A DNA stretch of 64,000 nt from Candidatus Thorarchaeota archaeon. Its GTDB lineage: Archaea > Asgardarchaeota > Thorarchaeia > Thorarchaeales > Thorarchaeaceae. Shown here one piece after another: positions 9,457-19,573 of the stretch. How positions within the stretch are numbered: the stretch's first letter is position 1; each line of letters opens with the position of its first letter. Location: positions 1 through 64,000 of the forward strand of contig JBHLRZ010000014.1 in the NCBI GenBank assembly GCA_048882045.1, given 5' to 3'. The notes beneath the pieces are model-generated. The model ran no database searches. It worked only from the letters and a program-made list of their open reading frames with translations, and was not told the DNA's origin. Both the position numbers and the translations under genes were made by a program.

Positions 9457-10077
9457 TCACTCTTCGTCAAGTACACGCCAAGCCAAGAATGTGCCTACAG
9501 TTTCCAGGGGGTGCCACTTCTTGGCAATCTCTACGACCTGTTTCTGAGAGGGCAACTCAGTGAGATCATACATCTTTTGGATCCCCTTTCTGACTCCGAG
9601 ATCTCCAGCTGACAGAACATCCAACCGACCAAGTGAGAAGATCAGATACATTTGAACAGTCCATTCGCCTACACCCTTTATCTTGGCAAATAGCTCAAGT
9701 ATCTCTTGACTGGAAAGCGCCTTCATAGAATCTATAGTCCGATATTTCCAAAGAAACCCTCCACGATTGAAAGCTTCTGCAACATTGTGGATGTAGGACG
9801 CCTTCTGTCTAGATAAGCCAACACTGCGAAGGTCCTCCTGTGTCTTAGCCAACACCTTACTTGGAGTGAGTTTGCCGACAAGAGCAAGGAATCGGTCATG
9901 TATAGTTCGTGCAGCTTTGTACGCAAGTTGTTGATAGATGATTGACCGCGTCAACATCTCGAACGGTGACTGCAGAGTCGGTTCATAGTTCATCTTAGCC
10001 TTACTCAAGTATCCACTTAGTTCAGGAACCTGTTCGCTAAATTTGCCAAGTACTCTCTTTGAGAAGATGTTCGCCAT
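9457..10077 (-). CDS. alkA: DNA-3-methyladenine glycosylase (AlkA/HhH-GPD)
   Basis: SIIYQQL, GLSRQKASY, IKGVGEWT HhH, DLGVRK. Confidence 0.88.
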   Translation of the reverse strand: MANIFSKRVLGKFSEQVPELSGYLSKAKMNYEPTLQSPFEMLTRSIIYQQLAYKAARTIHDRFLALVGKLTPSKVLAKTQEDLRSVGLSRQKASYIHNVAEAFNRGGFLWKYRTIDSMKALSSQEILELFAKIKGVGEWTVQMYLIFSLGRLDVLSAGDLGVRKGIQKMYDLTELPSQKQVVEIAKKWHPLETVGTFLAWRVLDEE

Positions 10078-10181
10078 GGTAATCAGTTCAGTAGTATAGA
10101 CCTGAAAAAACTACGCATAATTGATATGGCTTGATTGCACAATTGATATTGGTGGAAGAAACGAGGTGGAGCTGAACGAGA

Positions 10182-10568
10182 CTGAAACTGAAAATAGTTG
10201 ATACAGTCCTAGTCATGATAGTCGCATTCTTTGGGTGTCTTCAACTTTATCTCATCCAGGTCAACAGCACTGGTGAACTATTCTGGTCTTAGAACATTCT
10301 TGCTATCGCTGGATTTCTAATGGGTGTTATTAGATTCGTAATATTCGAGCACTCTCCAGAGGATGAAAAGAGATTGAGAGTTCTCAGCGGTATCTTAGTG
10401 CTGGTAAATCTTCTGTGGTTCCTGATGATGTGGTTGTTAAGTGGAGGGATCACAGATTGGGAAGGAGTATTAACAGGTGTTTTTTTCGTGATAATTATGA
10501 ACTTTCAGGAAACTGCCTGGTTTATGCTCTACACGTTTGGTGGAAATGAATCATCAGAAGCAGTCTGA
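10182..10568 (+). pseudogene. Small multi-pass membrane protein interrupted by an in-frame TAG at 10290
   Basis: Hydrophobic frame LKLKIVDTVLVMIVAFFGCLQLYLIQVNSTGELFWS*NILAIAGFLMGVIRF continues into ORF 10320..10568. Confidence 0.5.
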
Positions 10569-10637
10569 AGTTGAGGATTGCGTTGACCTCAATTATATTG
10601 CCTAATAATGTAGCATATTTCCGAGGAGAGAATCTGT

Positions 10638-12182
10638 ATGAGAAAGTACATGGCGATCATTCTTGTGGGTGTATTATTGTTTCTGATATCCACGCCAAGT
10701 AGGAACAGTTTCAATATGCAAGACAATTCTAACGACAGTTCAGGTCGCTTTAGTAATGCATCGAAAATTGAATACTTTGTAAAAGACAAACTTCTCTCCA
10801 TCAATGACATCTTTTATAATCATCATGTTGAACCTACCCTAGCAATTAGTGAGAATGGTACGATTTTTGCAGGATGGAAGAACTCCGAAACCCATAATGG
10901 TGGAGGAGCACAAGTAAGCTATGCCAAATCGGGGGACGGTGGGAATACATGGAGTTTTCCAGTAGATATGCGAAATTTTGAGGGGATTCAAACAAGAAAA
11001 TCCGATCCTTGGCTAGTATGGCATGATGGGAGTATATACTATGCATACCTTGAGTTTTCTGTGAATGACAACTCACTCAGTCAAATAACCGTAGCCAAAA
11101 GTTCAGACTATGGAGAAACATGGAATCAGGCTGCGGCTAGTAATGGAATGTATTTTGCGGACAAAGAAACAATGGTGATTTCAGACAATGGAACAATTTT
11201 CGTTGCATACGATGATATAGATACGGATTCAGGAGGTCTGGCGACCGTTCGGCTGACTCGGTCAGTTGATGGAGGTAGCAGCTTTAATGAAGTATCGGTG
11301 ATTAGCCCACCTGCCGATGGACATGTGGGACCATATCTCACTCTAGATCAAGAGAGTAATGTCTTTGTGGCGTGGGCCTATTTTTACGATACGGGGGGAA
11401 ATCTTCTCATTGATAATAGTACTAATTTTGGTTTATCCTTTGGAGAAGACAGGATAATCAATTCGGATGGAAATTATTCATCTTTTACTGATGCAGATGG
11501 AAGACCCGCGAAGACAACTCTTCCTGTCATCCGATTTGATTCGCATAATAGACTCTACTGCCTCTGGGCAGACACCTACGATCCTACTGCAGGTTCATTT
11601 GATGTCTACCTTCGATATTCAGAAGACTTTGGGTTTACATGGAGTGATAGACTTCTTATCAATCATCTGACTGAGGGAGACCAATGGCTACCCGATATGG
11701 ACATAGACTCGAATGACAGATTACATATCGTCTACTACAGTGAACAATTCAGCTATTACAAACCATATTATCGAATGTTAAGTTTCACAGGGCCAACAAG
11801 AGATGTGGCTGTACTTAGTGATGCAATTAGCATCACGAGTTCTCTAACATCATCAGAGTTTACGCGTCCTGGTGACTATTGTACAATTAGACTTGATTCT
11901 AATGATATTCCTCATGTGGTCTGGACTGATGGAAGATATAGTGAGATGGATATCTTCTATTCTCACGGGATTGAATCTGAACCCACATCAACTGAAACAC
12001 AAACAACCACGACTATAGACACCAGTACACAAACGGGAACTATTGACACGAGAAGTACGGAACAAACAACTATAGGAATATCACTTACTAGCCAACTCTC
12101 ACTGGTTCTAGGTGCAGGGATTGGACTTTCAGTTGTTCTTATCGTCGGAATAGTTGCTATGAAAAAGAGAGAAGTGATGTAG
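10638..12182 (+). CDS. Surface-anchored BNR/Asp-box beta-propeller (sialidase-like) protein
   Basis: Signal peptide; repeated S.D.G.TW Asp-boxes; Thr-rich linker; C-terminal TM + KKR. Confidence 0.82.
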   Translation: MRKYMAIILVGVLLFLISTPSRNSFNMQDNSNDSSGRFSNASKIEYFVKDKLLSINDIFYNHHVEPTLAISENGTIFAGWKNSETHNGGGAQVSYAKSGDGGNTWSFPVDMRNFEGIQTRKSDPWLVWHDGSIYYAYLEFSVNDNSLSQITVAKSSDYGETWNQAAASNGMYFADKETMVISDNGTIFVAYDDIDTDSGGLATVRLTRSVDGGSSFNEVSVISPPADGHVGPYLTLDQESNVFVAWAYFYDTGGNLLIDNSTNFGLSFGEDRIINSDGNYSSFTDADGRPAKTTLPVIRFDSHNRLYCLWADTYDPTAGSFDVYLRYSEDFGFTWSDRLLINHLTEGDQWLPDMDIDSNDRLHIVYYSEQFSYYKPYYRMLSFTGPTRDVAVLSDAISITSSLTSSEFTRPGDYCTIRLDSNDIPHVVWTDGRYSEMDIFYSHGIESEPTSTETQTTTTIDTSTQTGTIDTRSTEQTTIGISLTSQLSLVLGAGIGLSVVLIVGIVAMKKREVM

Positions 12183-12192
12183 GAATTTGCAG

Positions 12193-12549
12193 TCAAAACT
12201 CTGCGGGTTGTGCCTCGACAGTTGTCCGACAAAAAGGGCATTTAGCTTGAAGTGGTCCAACCCAGTCAACCTCTTCATTACTCAGACTTGCCCCACACTC
12301 GGGACACTGTTTTGGAACCTGATAGATGACTCGTCGGTCCACTGTAACAATACTTGAGGAGCCACCTATTCTTGTCTTGGTATCGCCTGATCCCTGGTCA
12401 GCTTTCTTCTTTTCGTTATTGACAAAAACAAGAACTGCGAAGATAATGAAAAGAAAACCAATAGGACCCATCATTAAAGCGATAAAGGAGAATATCGTTA
12501 GGAAGCAAACACCAATTACAACATCAAGATTAAGCTGCTCTCTGGGCAT
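12193..12549 (-). CDS. Membrane protein with C-terminal zinc ribbon
   Basis: Two hydrophobic segments, then CPECG...CPFC. Confidence 0.65.
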   Translation of the reverse strand: MPREQLNLDVVIGVCFLTIFSFIALMMGPIGFLFIIFAVLVFVNNEKKKADQGSGDTKTRIGGSSSIVTVDRRVIYQVPKQCPECGASLSNEEVDWVGPLQAKCPFCRTTVEAQPAEF

Positions 12550-12773
12550 AAGGACAACAAATCCCCAAGTCGCTTTCAACTTGAACTGACTTATAGTTTC
12601 TCTCTGAACTTGATATATTTGCAATGAACATCGATGTCAATCGAGGGACTCTTGCTTCTTCGTGGGATTAAAGCTCGACAAACTTTGTACCTAATCTCAG
12701 AAAGAACACACTCAGAAAAGTCGAGTGAATATAATATTACTAGATTACTCGGTTCATCCATTTGTGTACTACA

Positions 12774-13589
12774 ATGAAATATGGAGTCTATATCTCTAAC
12801 TTCGCGCTTCAAGGAAACCCCAATAAATTCCTTGAATTGGCAGTTGCTGCGGAAGATGCAGGGTGGGATGGTTTCTTCATGTGGGATCACAATTATGCAG
12901 GGAAGGATGAATTGATTGCAGATCCGTGGATTACACTTGCAGCCATAGCAGCACGCACTGAAAAGATTCGAATCGGCACAACAGTGACGCCTTTACCAAG
13001 AAGACGCCCACAGATGGTAGCAAGGGAGGTCGCTACTTTAGATGTTCTTTCTAAGGGAAGGTTCATTCTTGGAGTTGGATTGGGGGGCTCTTCTGATGAT
13101 GATTATAGAAAGTTCGGAGAAGATACTACTATCAAAGAAAGAGCTGAGAAACTAGACGAGTCTTTAGTCATTCTTGAGGGGCTTTGGTCTGGCAAACCAT
13201 TTTCATTTTCTGGAAAGCACTATCAAATTGAGGCGGTCACATTCAATCCTCGCCCAATTCAGAAACCACGTGTACCGATATGGTGTGCAGGAACGTGGCC
13301 AATAAAAGCTCCATTCCGAAGAGCGGCAAGATACGATGGTGTGTTTCCATTATCGATGAGTGAAGACATGTCTCTGGAGGAATATTCCGATGTAACAAAC
13401 TACGTCAAAAGGCATCGAGGATCTATGAAGAACTTTGACATTGTAATTATGGGAATGTCCAGTGGTGATCCGGAAAAAGACTCATGGATTAGGGAATCCG
13501 AAACTCTTGGTATGACTTGGTATGTAGAAGTCATGATGGGAGATGATTTCGAAAAGCACTTGGAGAAAATTGCTAAGGGGCCCCCTTGA
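12774..13589 (+). CDS. LLM-class flavin-dependent oxidoreductase (luciferase-like)
   Basis: AEDAGWDGFFMWDH, DPWITLAAIA, RRP..AREVATLD.LS.GR, PIQKPRVPIW. Confidence 0.9.
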   Translation: MKYGVYISNFALQGNPNKFLELAVAAEDAGWDGFFMWDHNYAGKDELIADPWITLAAIAARTEKIRIGTTVTPLPRRRPQMVAREVATLDVLSKGRFILGVGLGGSSDDDYRKFGEDTTIKERAEKLDESLVILEGLWSGKPFSFSGKHYQIEAVTFNPRPIQKPRVPIWCAGTWPIKAPFRRAARYDGVFPLSMSEDMSLEEYSDVTNYVKRHRGSMKNFDIVIMGMSSGDPEKDSWIRESETLGMTWYVEVMMGDDFEKHLEKIAKGPP

Positions 13590-13754
13590 AGAAACTCTAC
13601 AATGTGTACCTGTGTATGTCAAGGAACTCCTGCTTCTTTGCAGGATTAGAGAAAGAAAGTGACTGGAGATAGTCATACAGAAAATCTGACAAGATTTACC
13701 CGATTTCTGTTGGTAGACTTGTTCATGCTCTTCAAAAATGTGTAGTTGCAGATA

Positions 13755-14495
13755 CTATCTAATATACACAAGGGCAACGTCATTAGTCTTGTATACATGA
13801 ACTTCTCTTCTATTCGAGGCTCTCAAAACAGTTTCACCGCCATTCTGCCATTTCTTCATTGCTTTCAGTGTGGGCTTGCCTTCGTCACTGTTCAGCCAGT
13901 CTGTGACCTCGTGCACATCAGGATCATCAATGGCTGCTATTGCCTTGGTCACCTTCACACCTCTTCCGATTGTTTCAAAGAGGCTCTCCTGTAACCAGCG
14001 CTTACGCTCACTGCCATCTTCTTCAACTGGGACAAGCCAACAACCAAGGCCATAGAACCTGTCAATCACGAATGATGTATAGAACTTCTCGAGCCTTTGG
14101 AGATAGTGAACGACGATTTGATAGGGTTCTCTGCCTTCTATCTCGATGCTCACTTCATGGGTCTGCTTTATCTCGTACAATATCATCGAAACTATGGGAG
14201 CTACTGATCTACACTTCTCTTTATACTCCTCGCTGGAGGGGTCACACTCATCATCACAGAAAAAACGCCGGACAATCTCACTCTCAATCGCCACCATATA
14301 GTTACCGTCTATGTTATAGGGATACCATTTCTTATACTCAAGCTCCTTCTGACCACTCTGCGCCTCGTGAATCTGTTTCTCAATAGAACGCACTGTGTCA
14401 TGTATCATCTCCACTGCAACAGTAACTGTATCATCTAAGGAAACTCCTCTCTCTTGGATGTACCTTAGAGCAGCACGCTGATGCTCCTTTCGCAT
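13755..14495 (-). CDS. Hypothetical protein
   Basis: 246-aa ORF with protein-like composition; no motif recognised. Confidence 0.55.
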   Translation of the reverse strand: MRKEHQRAALRYIQERGVSLDDTVTVAVEMIHDTVRSIEKQIHEAQSGQKELEYKKWYPYNIDGNYMVAIESEIVRRFFCDDECDPSSEEYKEKCRSVAPIVSMILYEIKQTHEVSIEIEGREPYQIVVHYLQRLEKFYTSFVIDRFYGLGCWLVPVEEDGSERKRWLQESLFETIGRGVKVTKAIAAIDDPDVHEVTDWLNSDEGKPTLKAMKKWQNGGETVLRASNRREVHVYKTNDVALVYIR

Positions 14496-14719
14496 AGTCC
14501 CGATTGAATCGGAAAGTGCTATTACTGTTTCGTATATTTTTCCTTTGAGTGAGTGGAAGCTATAGAGTGTATCGATGCCTATCTAGGAACTCCTGTTTCT
14601 TGGCTAGATTCCCAAAAAAAAGAATCTAGAGATACAGCTAAAATGTAAGAATGAATAATTGATTAAATCTCGTGATGCTCTCAAATTAGACTGAAAGGAT
14701 TGGAAGGAGTTCCGAAAGG

Positions 14720-16042
14720 ATGAAGTGGAGCAAGGAGATCTGCTCAGTATTGATTCTCACCTTGCTTCTTGTAATGACGTCTGTTTATGAATCAATATCA
14801 GAAACAAACGAATTCGATGACTGTACAGACCAGGTGATTATGAGGGACACAGGTTTCGAAAGTTATGTTCAAAGTAGCGATAATGAAACTATAGCTTGGG
14901 GTCCATTTTTTTCTATTGATGTTTATTGGGGATGGGTAGGCAATCTTTCATTCACATATTGGGATGTGTTAGAGGAAGAGGGGATTTCTGGAGCGAATGT
15001 ATCTTGTCGTTTAGGTCCCTTTTGGCTGAACTACTATGATCTGAACAATGGTTCATACTATGTTGAATTGGATACAACTATTCTCTGGGCCCAATATTAT
15101 CCCTATTTTCTCACGGTCCACTTTGACAAGTCTGGATTTAATCCTGCAAACGTTGTAATCTCAGTTTTAGTAGATCCTGTTCATACTCACCTTGAAGTCT
15201 TCTCACCTGAAGTTAGCCAATTGAATGGTCATCCTTTGGAACTAGAGGTCCCCCTAGGTGATTCCATTGAGATTATGTTCTTCTACAATGATATTGAAAG
15301 TTCACATGCTAGTGGTTTAGAAGGCGCACAAGCCTATGCTTACATAGTTGGCCCAACTCTCGTTGAACATTATATAGAAGTCGTAGATCAGGGGAATGGA
15401 AACTATAGTTTGACCTTTGACACAACAGAAGAATGGCTCTATGAGTCTGTAGGAGGAGAATCCACCTCACATGAGTTGCCATACTTAATTCGCATGGAGT
15501 TTGCACTTGAGAATAGAGAACCTTGGGAGTGTTTGCTGAATATCACGATTATAGATATTCCAACTGAATTCAATCTAACATATTCCATGGAGAAGTTTGT
15601 GTTTGATGAGGGTGAGGACTTGTATCTAGATGAGGGGTATCACTCCATGTTTGTTTCATTAAGAGATATTTGGCCAACACATGGTGGTGTGCTCGTCCAA
15701 GGACTCAATGTCACGGTGGAGAGTTCTGATCCCACTCTATTGGAGGTTGTATCAATCACTGAGAATTCATCAGAGCCAGGAGTGTACAACATCACAATGC
15801 TTCACAAAGTTCCAGCATGGGCACCTGGTGGATGCAGTCCAGGAACATATGCCTATGTTGAATTGAGTGTCGAACTGAAGAAAGAAGGCTATGAGGGTGT
15901 GAAGGAACTCTTAACTATAGGTCTTTGGGGCGGGGGTGGTCATCCTACCCCTCCAGTATATAGTTATGGTCTACCAAGTTTAATTTTCGTGATTGTAGCA
16001 ATAGTAGTTTGTGTAAGAAGGGAGAACCGGAAGGCTCAATGA
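14720..16042 (+). CDS. Acidic cell-surface protein with Ig-like repeats and a C-terminal anchor
   Basis: Signal peptide; repeated DxxNGxYxxxxDT-like segments; several N-x-S/T sequons; C-terminal TM + RR. Confidence 0.7.
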   Translation: MKWSKEICSVLILTLLLVMTSVYESISETNEFDDCTDQVIMRDTGFESYVQSSDNETIAWGPFFSIDVYWGWVGNLSFTYWDVLEEEGISGANVSCRLGPFWLNYYDLNNGSYYVELDTTILWAQYYPYFLTVHFDKSGFNPANVVISVLVDPVHTHLEVFSPEVSQLNGHPLELEVPLGDSIEIMFFYNDIESSHASGLEGAQAYAYIVGPTLVEHYIEVVDQGNGNYSLTFDTTEEWLYESVGGESTSHELPYLIRMEFALENREPWECLLNITIIDIPTEFNLTYSMEKFVFDEGEDLYLDEGYHSMFVSLRDIWPTHGGVLVQGLNVTVESSDPTLLEVVSITENSSEPGVYNITMLHKVPAWAPGGCSPGTYAYVELSVELKKEGYEGVKELLTIGLWGGGGHPTPPVYSYGLPSLIFVIVAIVVCVRRENRKAQ

Positions 16043-16044
16043 TA

Positions 16045-18186
16045 TCAGAGACTGTACCTATGTCTATCAAGAAACTCCTGCTTCTTGGCAGAGTTGAATG
16101 TTGACAAGCTCTGGAGATACCCGGTGATCCGGCTAAATATCTCCACTCCCACATGTCCACATTTGGGACAGGGAACTTGATTGAGATCGTTAATAGATGC
16201 GAATCTTGCGCTCCTCCAGTCAATACCAGCCTGATAGCTACAAACTGGACATAGTAAGACATCTTTGGTGAAGCTCCAGTAGGAGTTGAGGGTTTCAGTA
16301 GCTATCCTCTTTGTCAGCTCCCAGAGTGCATCTGGGTCAGGATTGGCTTCTCCTAGATAGATGTGTGTCAGCGCACCTCCATCCATGAACGGGTGAAACA
16401 TACCTTCCTTCTTGATACGCTGGGTGAGTGGGAGGTCAGCATTGACATCCAGAGTTGTACTGTTTGTATAGTAGACGTTGGGTGCCTCGCCCTTGAGGTA
16501 CTTCCTCATTCCTGGATAAGCCTTGTAATCCTTCATGGCAAGGCGACCTGCTGCACTCTCAGCAGGAGTCCGTGTAACACCAAAGTGGAGTCCGGTTTCC
16601 TCCTGAAATTCAGCAGCCTTCTTTTTCAAATGTTTTAGGACCTTGATACCAAACCGAGTTCCCTCAGCTTCGTGAAGTTGATGACCAGTAATCACCATAG
16701 CCATCTCATCAAAACCTACAGTTCCCAGTAAGAACTCTCGCTTGCTCATGTCAATCAATGGTTCGCCATTGGGTTTTGGTTGAGTATAGAATGGAACACT
16801 GCCACTGGCAATGAGCTTGTCCATGAGGCGTTTCTTCTCGAGGATGACCTCCTTGGACAACTCGACGTAACTGTCTATCTTCTCGAAGAAGTGGTCCTCA
16901 TCAGTGCGACCCAGCCATGCCGCACGGCCAAAGTTGGGCGTTACCATCTGGGATGCTCCAAAGACCATGTTACCACTGAGGAATTCCTCCAGCTCCTCAT
17001 CACTACTTGCAGTCCAGAGGTGAGAGCAGCAACTGCTACACCCAGCTTCTATTGAGGATCTCCAGTTGAGATAGTTCTCAAAGTAGGGAGAACCATGTTT
17101 TGCGGTGAGCTCCGCAACAAGTCGCCAAGACTCATCGAACTCAGAACCCATGAACTCCTTTCTCAGCACAATGTTTGGTTTCGGGAATCCAAATCCCTTG
17201 CCTTTGGCATCACCTTTCAGCATGACTTCCATGAAAGCGTTGAAGAACAGACGGGCTTCATCCTCAAAGTCACCATATGTGACCTCAGTCTCCTTTCCGC
17301 CGGGTAGGACAGCTGGAACATCTTTCATTATGTTCGGGATACCAGGAGTGAGGTCGACACTTGAGAAAATAACCTGGCCTCCTCGAGCCACGTATTGCTG
17401 TGTGAGTGTGAATACAAGCTGTTGTGCAGACTGCTTGATTTGTCGGTATGAAAGCCCCCTCATGAAGGGGGCTAAGAATGTGTTGAAGTAGAAATAACCC
17501 TGTCCACCTGCGAAGGAGCTCTGGGCGGCTGCCAACCAGATTGCAGCATGGTTCATCGCTACCGAGAGGTGTTGAGCAGGACCAGCTGCACTAGAGTGCA
17601 TGCCACCAAGACCATCAGGTGCAATACCAAGTTTGAGGACCTGGCGCATGTCCCATGTAGCACAGTAGTCACGAGTACTGAAGTACTCGCGATCTTTGAT
17701 GTATATGTCACCCCTAAGATGAGCATCTGCAAGATGCGGGGGAATTGACAAGTAGGTGTGTTGTTCCATGACCTGATCGTGAACCAGTTTAGCGATTGTT
17801 TCAGGATTTCGCATGAGGTTTGCATTGGATGTGTGTTCGCCAGGATTGTTAATGAGTAGACCGAGGTCATGCATCGGGATTCCTACACGAGTATAGAGGA
17901 TCCGTTCCTTCTCAAAACCCATCTCAGCCAAGATGCTGTTACACATCTCACGGATGAGAGGGCCTGACAGGAACTTAATCCCAGAGGCAACGATTCTGTC
18001 CATGACCTTCATAGCTACAAGTTGGGCATCAGCCTGGAGAAGATTGGCTTCAAGAACAAGACTGTCGACAATCTTGATGGCATCAAAGGCTTCCATAGTA
18101 CTGCTAGTAGTTCTAACCTTTGGCATCTTTTGTTCTCTGTTACGGAGATTTTCAAGTGAGGATATTGAACTACCAATGTCAGTCAT
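16045..18186 (-). CDS. nrdD: Anaerobic (class III) ribonucleoside-triphosphate reductase with ATP cone
   Basis: N-terminal ATP cone, AHLRGDIYIKD, FAGGQG, FPKP, SCCS finger loop, TPAES, YYTNS, CPVC/CPKCG Zn site, SRITGYL glycyl-radical motif. Confidence 0.95.
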   Translation of the reverse strand: MTDIGSSISSLENLRNREQKMPKVRTTSSTMEAFDAIKIVDSLVLEANLLQADAQLVAMKVMDRIVASGIKFLSGPLIREMCNSILAEMGFEKERILYTRVGIPMHDLGLLINNPGEHTSNANLMRNPETIAKLVHDQVMEQHTYLSIPPHLADAHLRGDIYIKDREYFSTRDYCATWDMRQVLKLGIAPDGLGGMHSSAAGPAQHLSVAMNHAAIWLAAAQSSFAGGQGYFYFNTFLAPFMRGLSYRQIKQSAQQLVFTLTQQYVARGGQVIFSSVDLTPGIPNIMKDVPAVLPGGKETEVTYGDFEDEARLFFNAFMEVMLKGDAKGKGFGFPKPNIVLRKEFMGSEFDESWRLVAELTAKHGSPYFENYLNWRSSIEAGCSSCCSHLWTASSDEELEEFLSGNMVFGASQMVTPNFGRAAWLGRTDEDHFFEKIDSYVELSKEVILEKKRLMDKLIASGSVPFYTQPKPNGEPLIDMSKREFLLGTVGFDEMAMVITGHQLHEAEGTRFGIKVLKHLKKKAAEFQEETGLHFGVTRTPAESAAGRLAMKDYKAYPGMRKYLKGEAPNVYYTNSTTLDVNADLPLTQRIKKEGMFHPFMDGGALTHIYLGEANPDPDALWELTKRIATETLNSYWSFTKDVLLCPVCSYQAGIDWRSARFASINDLNQVPCPKCGHVGVEIFSRITGYLQSLSTFNSAKKQEFLDRHRYSL

Positions 18187-18467
18187 GCGTACCTCTGAAC
18201 CTCCTCTCTAATCGCCTCGACACTCGGGACCTCTCCACTGTAGAGAAGCCGCAACTTACCCCCATTCTCGATCATGATGGATGGTGTGCTTGCAATAAAC
18301 ACCTGATGCTCCAAGAGTTTGAACTCGAAGTCAGGGTCCATCTTTTGAAGATTCACTGTTTCAATCTTCACAATATCGGTTCCGTCAAAAGCCTCGTTGA
18401 TTACTGCTTTAGCTGCAGGACAATTGGCACAGTTGTCTTGCGTGAACAGGTATAATATTGGCTGAAT
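18183..18467 (-). CDS. NrdH/glutaredoxin-like redoxin (probable ATT start)
   Basis: LFTQDNCANCPAAK, ASTPSI; 4-nt overlap with nrdD start; GGGAGG 7 nt before ATT at 18467. Confidence 0.78.
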   Translation of the reverse strand: MQPILYLFTQDNCANCPAAKAVINEAFDGTDIVKIETVNLQKMDPDFEFKLLEHQVFIASTPSIMIENGGKLRLLYSGEVPSVEAIREEVQRYA

Positions 18468-18856
18468 AGCTAATCCTCCCGGCGTATGAACCACCCTCCC
18501 GGCAAGAAGGTGCAAAACAAGGATTGGTATACGATAAATAAAAGCATAACGCCGCTTCGAGTAGGCTTGTAGCCTTGCTCTAACGCATCCGGGGGTATCC
18601 GCGATTCACACATCTTGTCGTACATTGTTCTCTTTGCCTACCTCTTAAGGTCATACAGGTTCAAAACATTGAGAAGCATGGCAGAAATAGTCCAGAGATG
18701 GAAGTTAAGAAAGTTTGAGCAAAGACGGTTGTAGGTCGATGAAATAGTGACGAATTATGGTTTCGCGCGTTTCACCGAGTTCACATGAATGACCAGAAAG
18801 TTGGAGAAAAACTAGATTAAGTGGTCAGAGTCCTGCACTAGTAAGGAGATTGCAAA

Positions 18857-19480
18857 ATGCCAACATATCTCAGAGCGAGAACCCCTCTTGATGGCTGGAC
18901 TCGAATTGTCAGGAAGATCATGCAGGCAGGGATGACACGAGTCGATGAGAGAGAGAGTGAAACTCGTTGGCTAGAGAACGTTATGATTCACATCTCAAAT
19001 CCATACAGTGATAGGGTCAGTGACAAGTATCCATTCAGTGAGGAAGTGCTCCGTGACAAATATGCCACTCAGTTACTCAATCCAGATAGAATGGATTTTG
19101 ATTACACGTACGGAGAGAGACTTAATGCCTGGGGAGAAGAAACGCTTAATCAGATCGACTATGTGATTAAAAAGTTAGTAGAGAGTCCGCATTCAAGAAG
19201 GGCAGTTGCTACAACCTGGGATCCAAGAAAGGACACGATTGTCGATGAGGTCCCTTGCCTTAACCACTTCGTATTCATGATGCGAGAGGGGTTTCTCGAC
19301 ATCTCTGTGATGATTCGCTCAAATGACATGTATGGGGCATGGCCTGCCAACGTGTATGCACTTGGTGAGTTACTGACGTACGTTTCTGACAAGACGCGAC
19401 TCAAACCAGGAACCATCACCACCTTGTCAGTCAATGCCCATATCTATCGACATGATTGGGAAAAGGCCCATAAAGTTTAA
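18857..19480 (+). CDS. thyA: Thymidylate synthase (archaeal ThyA)
   Basis: FDYTYGERL, SRRAVATTW, VPCL, RSNDMYGAWPAN, NAHIY. Confidence 0.92.
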   Translation: MPTYLRARTPLDGWTRIVRKIMQAGMTRVDERESETRWLENVMIHISNPYSDRVSDKYPFSEEVLRDKYATQLLNPDRMDFDYTYGERLNAWGEETLNQIDYVIKKLVESPHSRRAVATTWDPRKDTIVDEVPCLNHFVFMMREGFLDISVMIRSNDMYGAWPANVYALGELLTYVSDKTRLKPGTITTLSVNAHIYRHDWEKAHKV

Positions 19481-19573
19481 TCCGGTTCATTCATATAGAC
19501 CTTTAACTCGGAAGGCATCAAATGGTTTCATTTAGTATCTTTAGGCACAACGAATGCAGCGGAGTGAAACTAT

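Noticed and set aside
18520-18660. Cobalamin riboswitch upstream of nrdD
   Set aside because: No B12-box or GGGAA/GCCACTG core motifs were found
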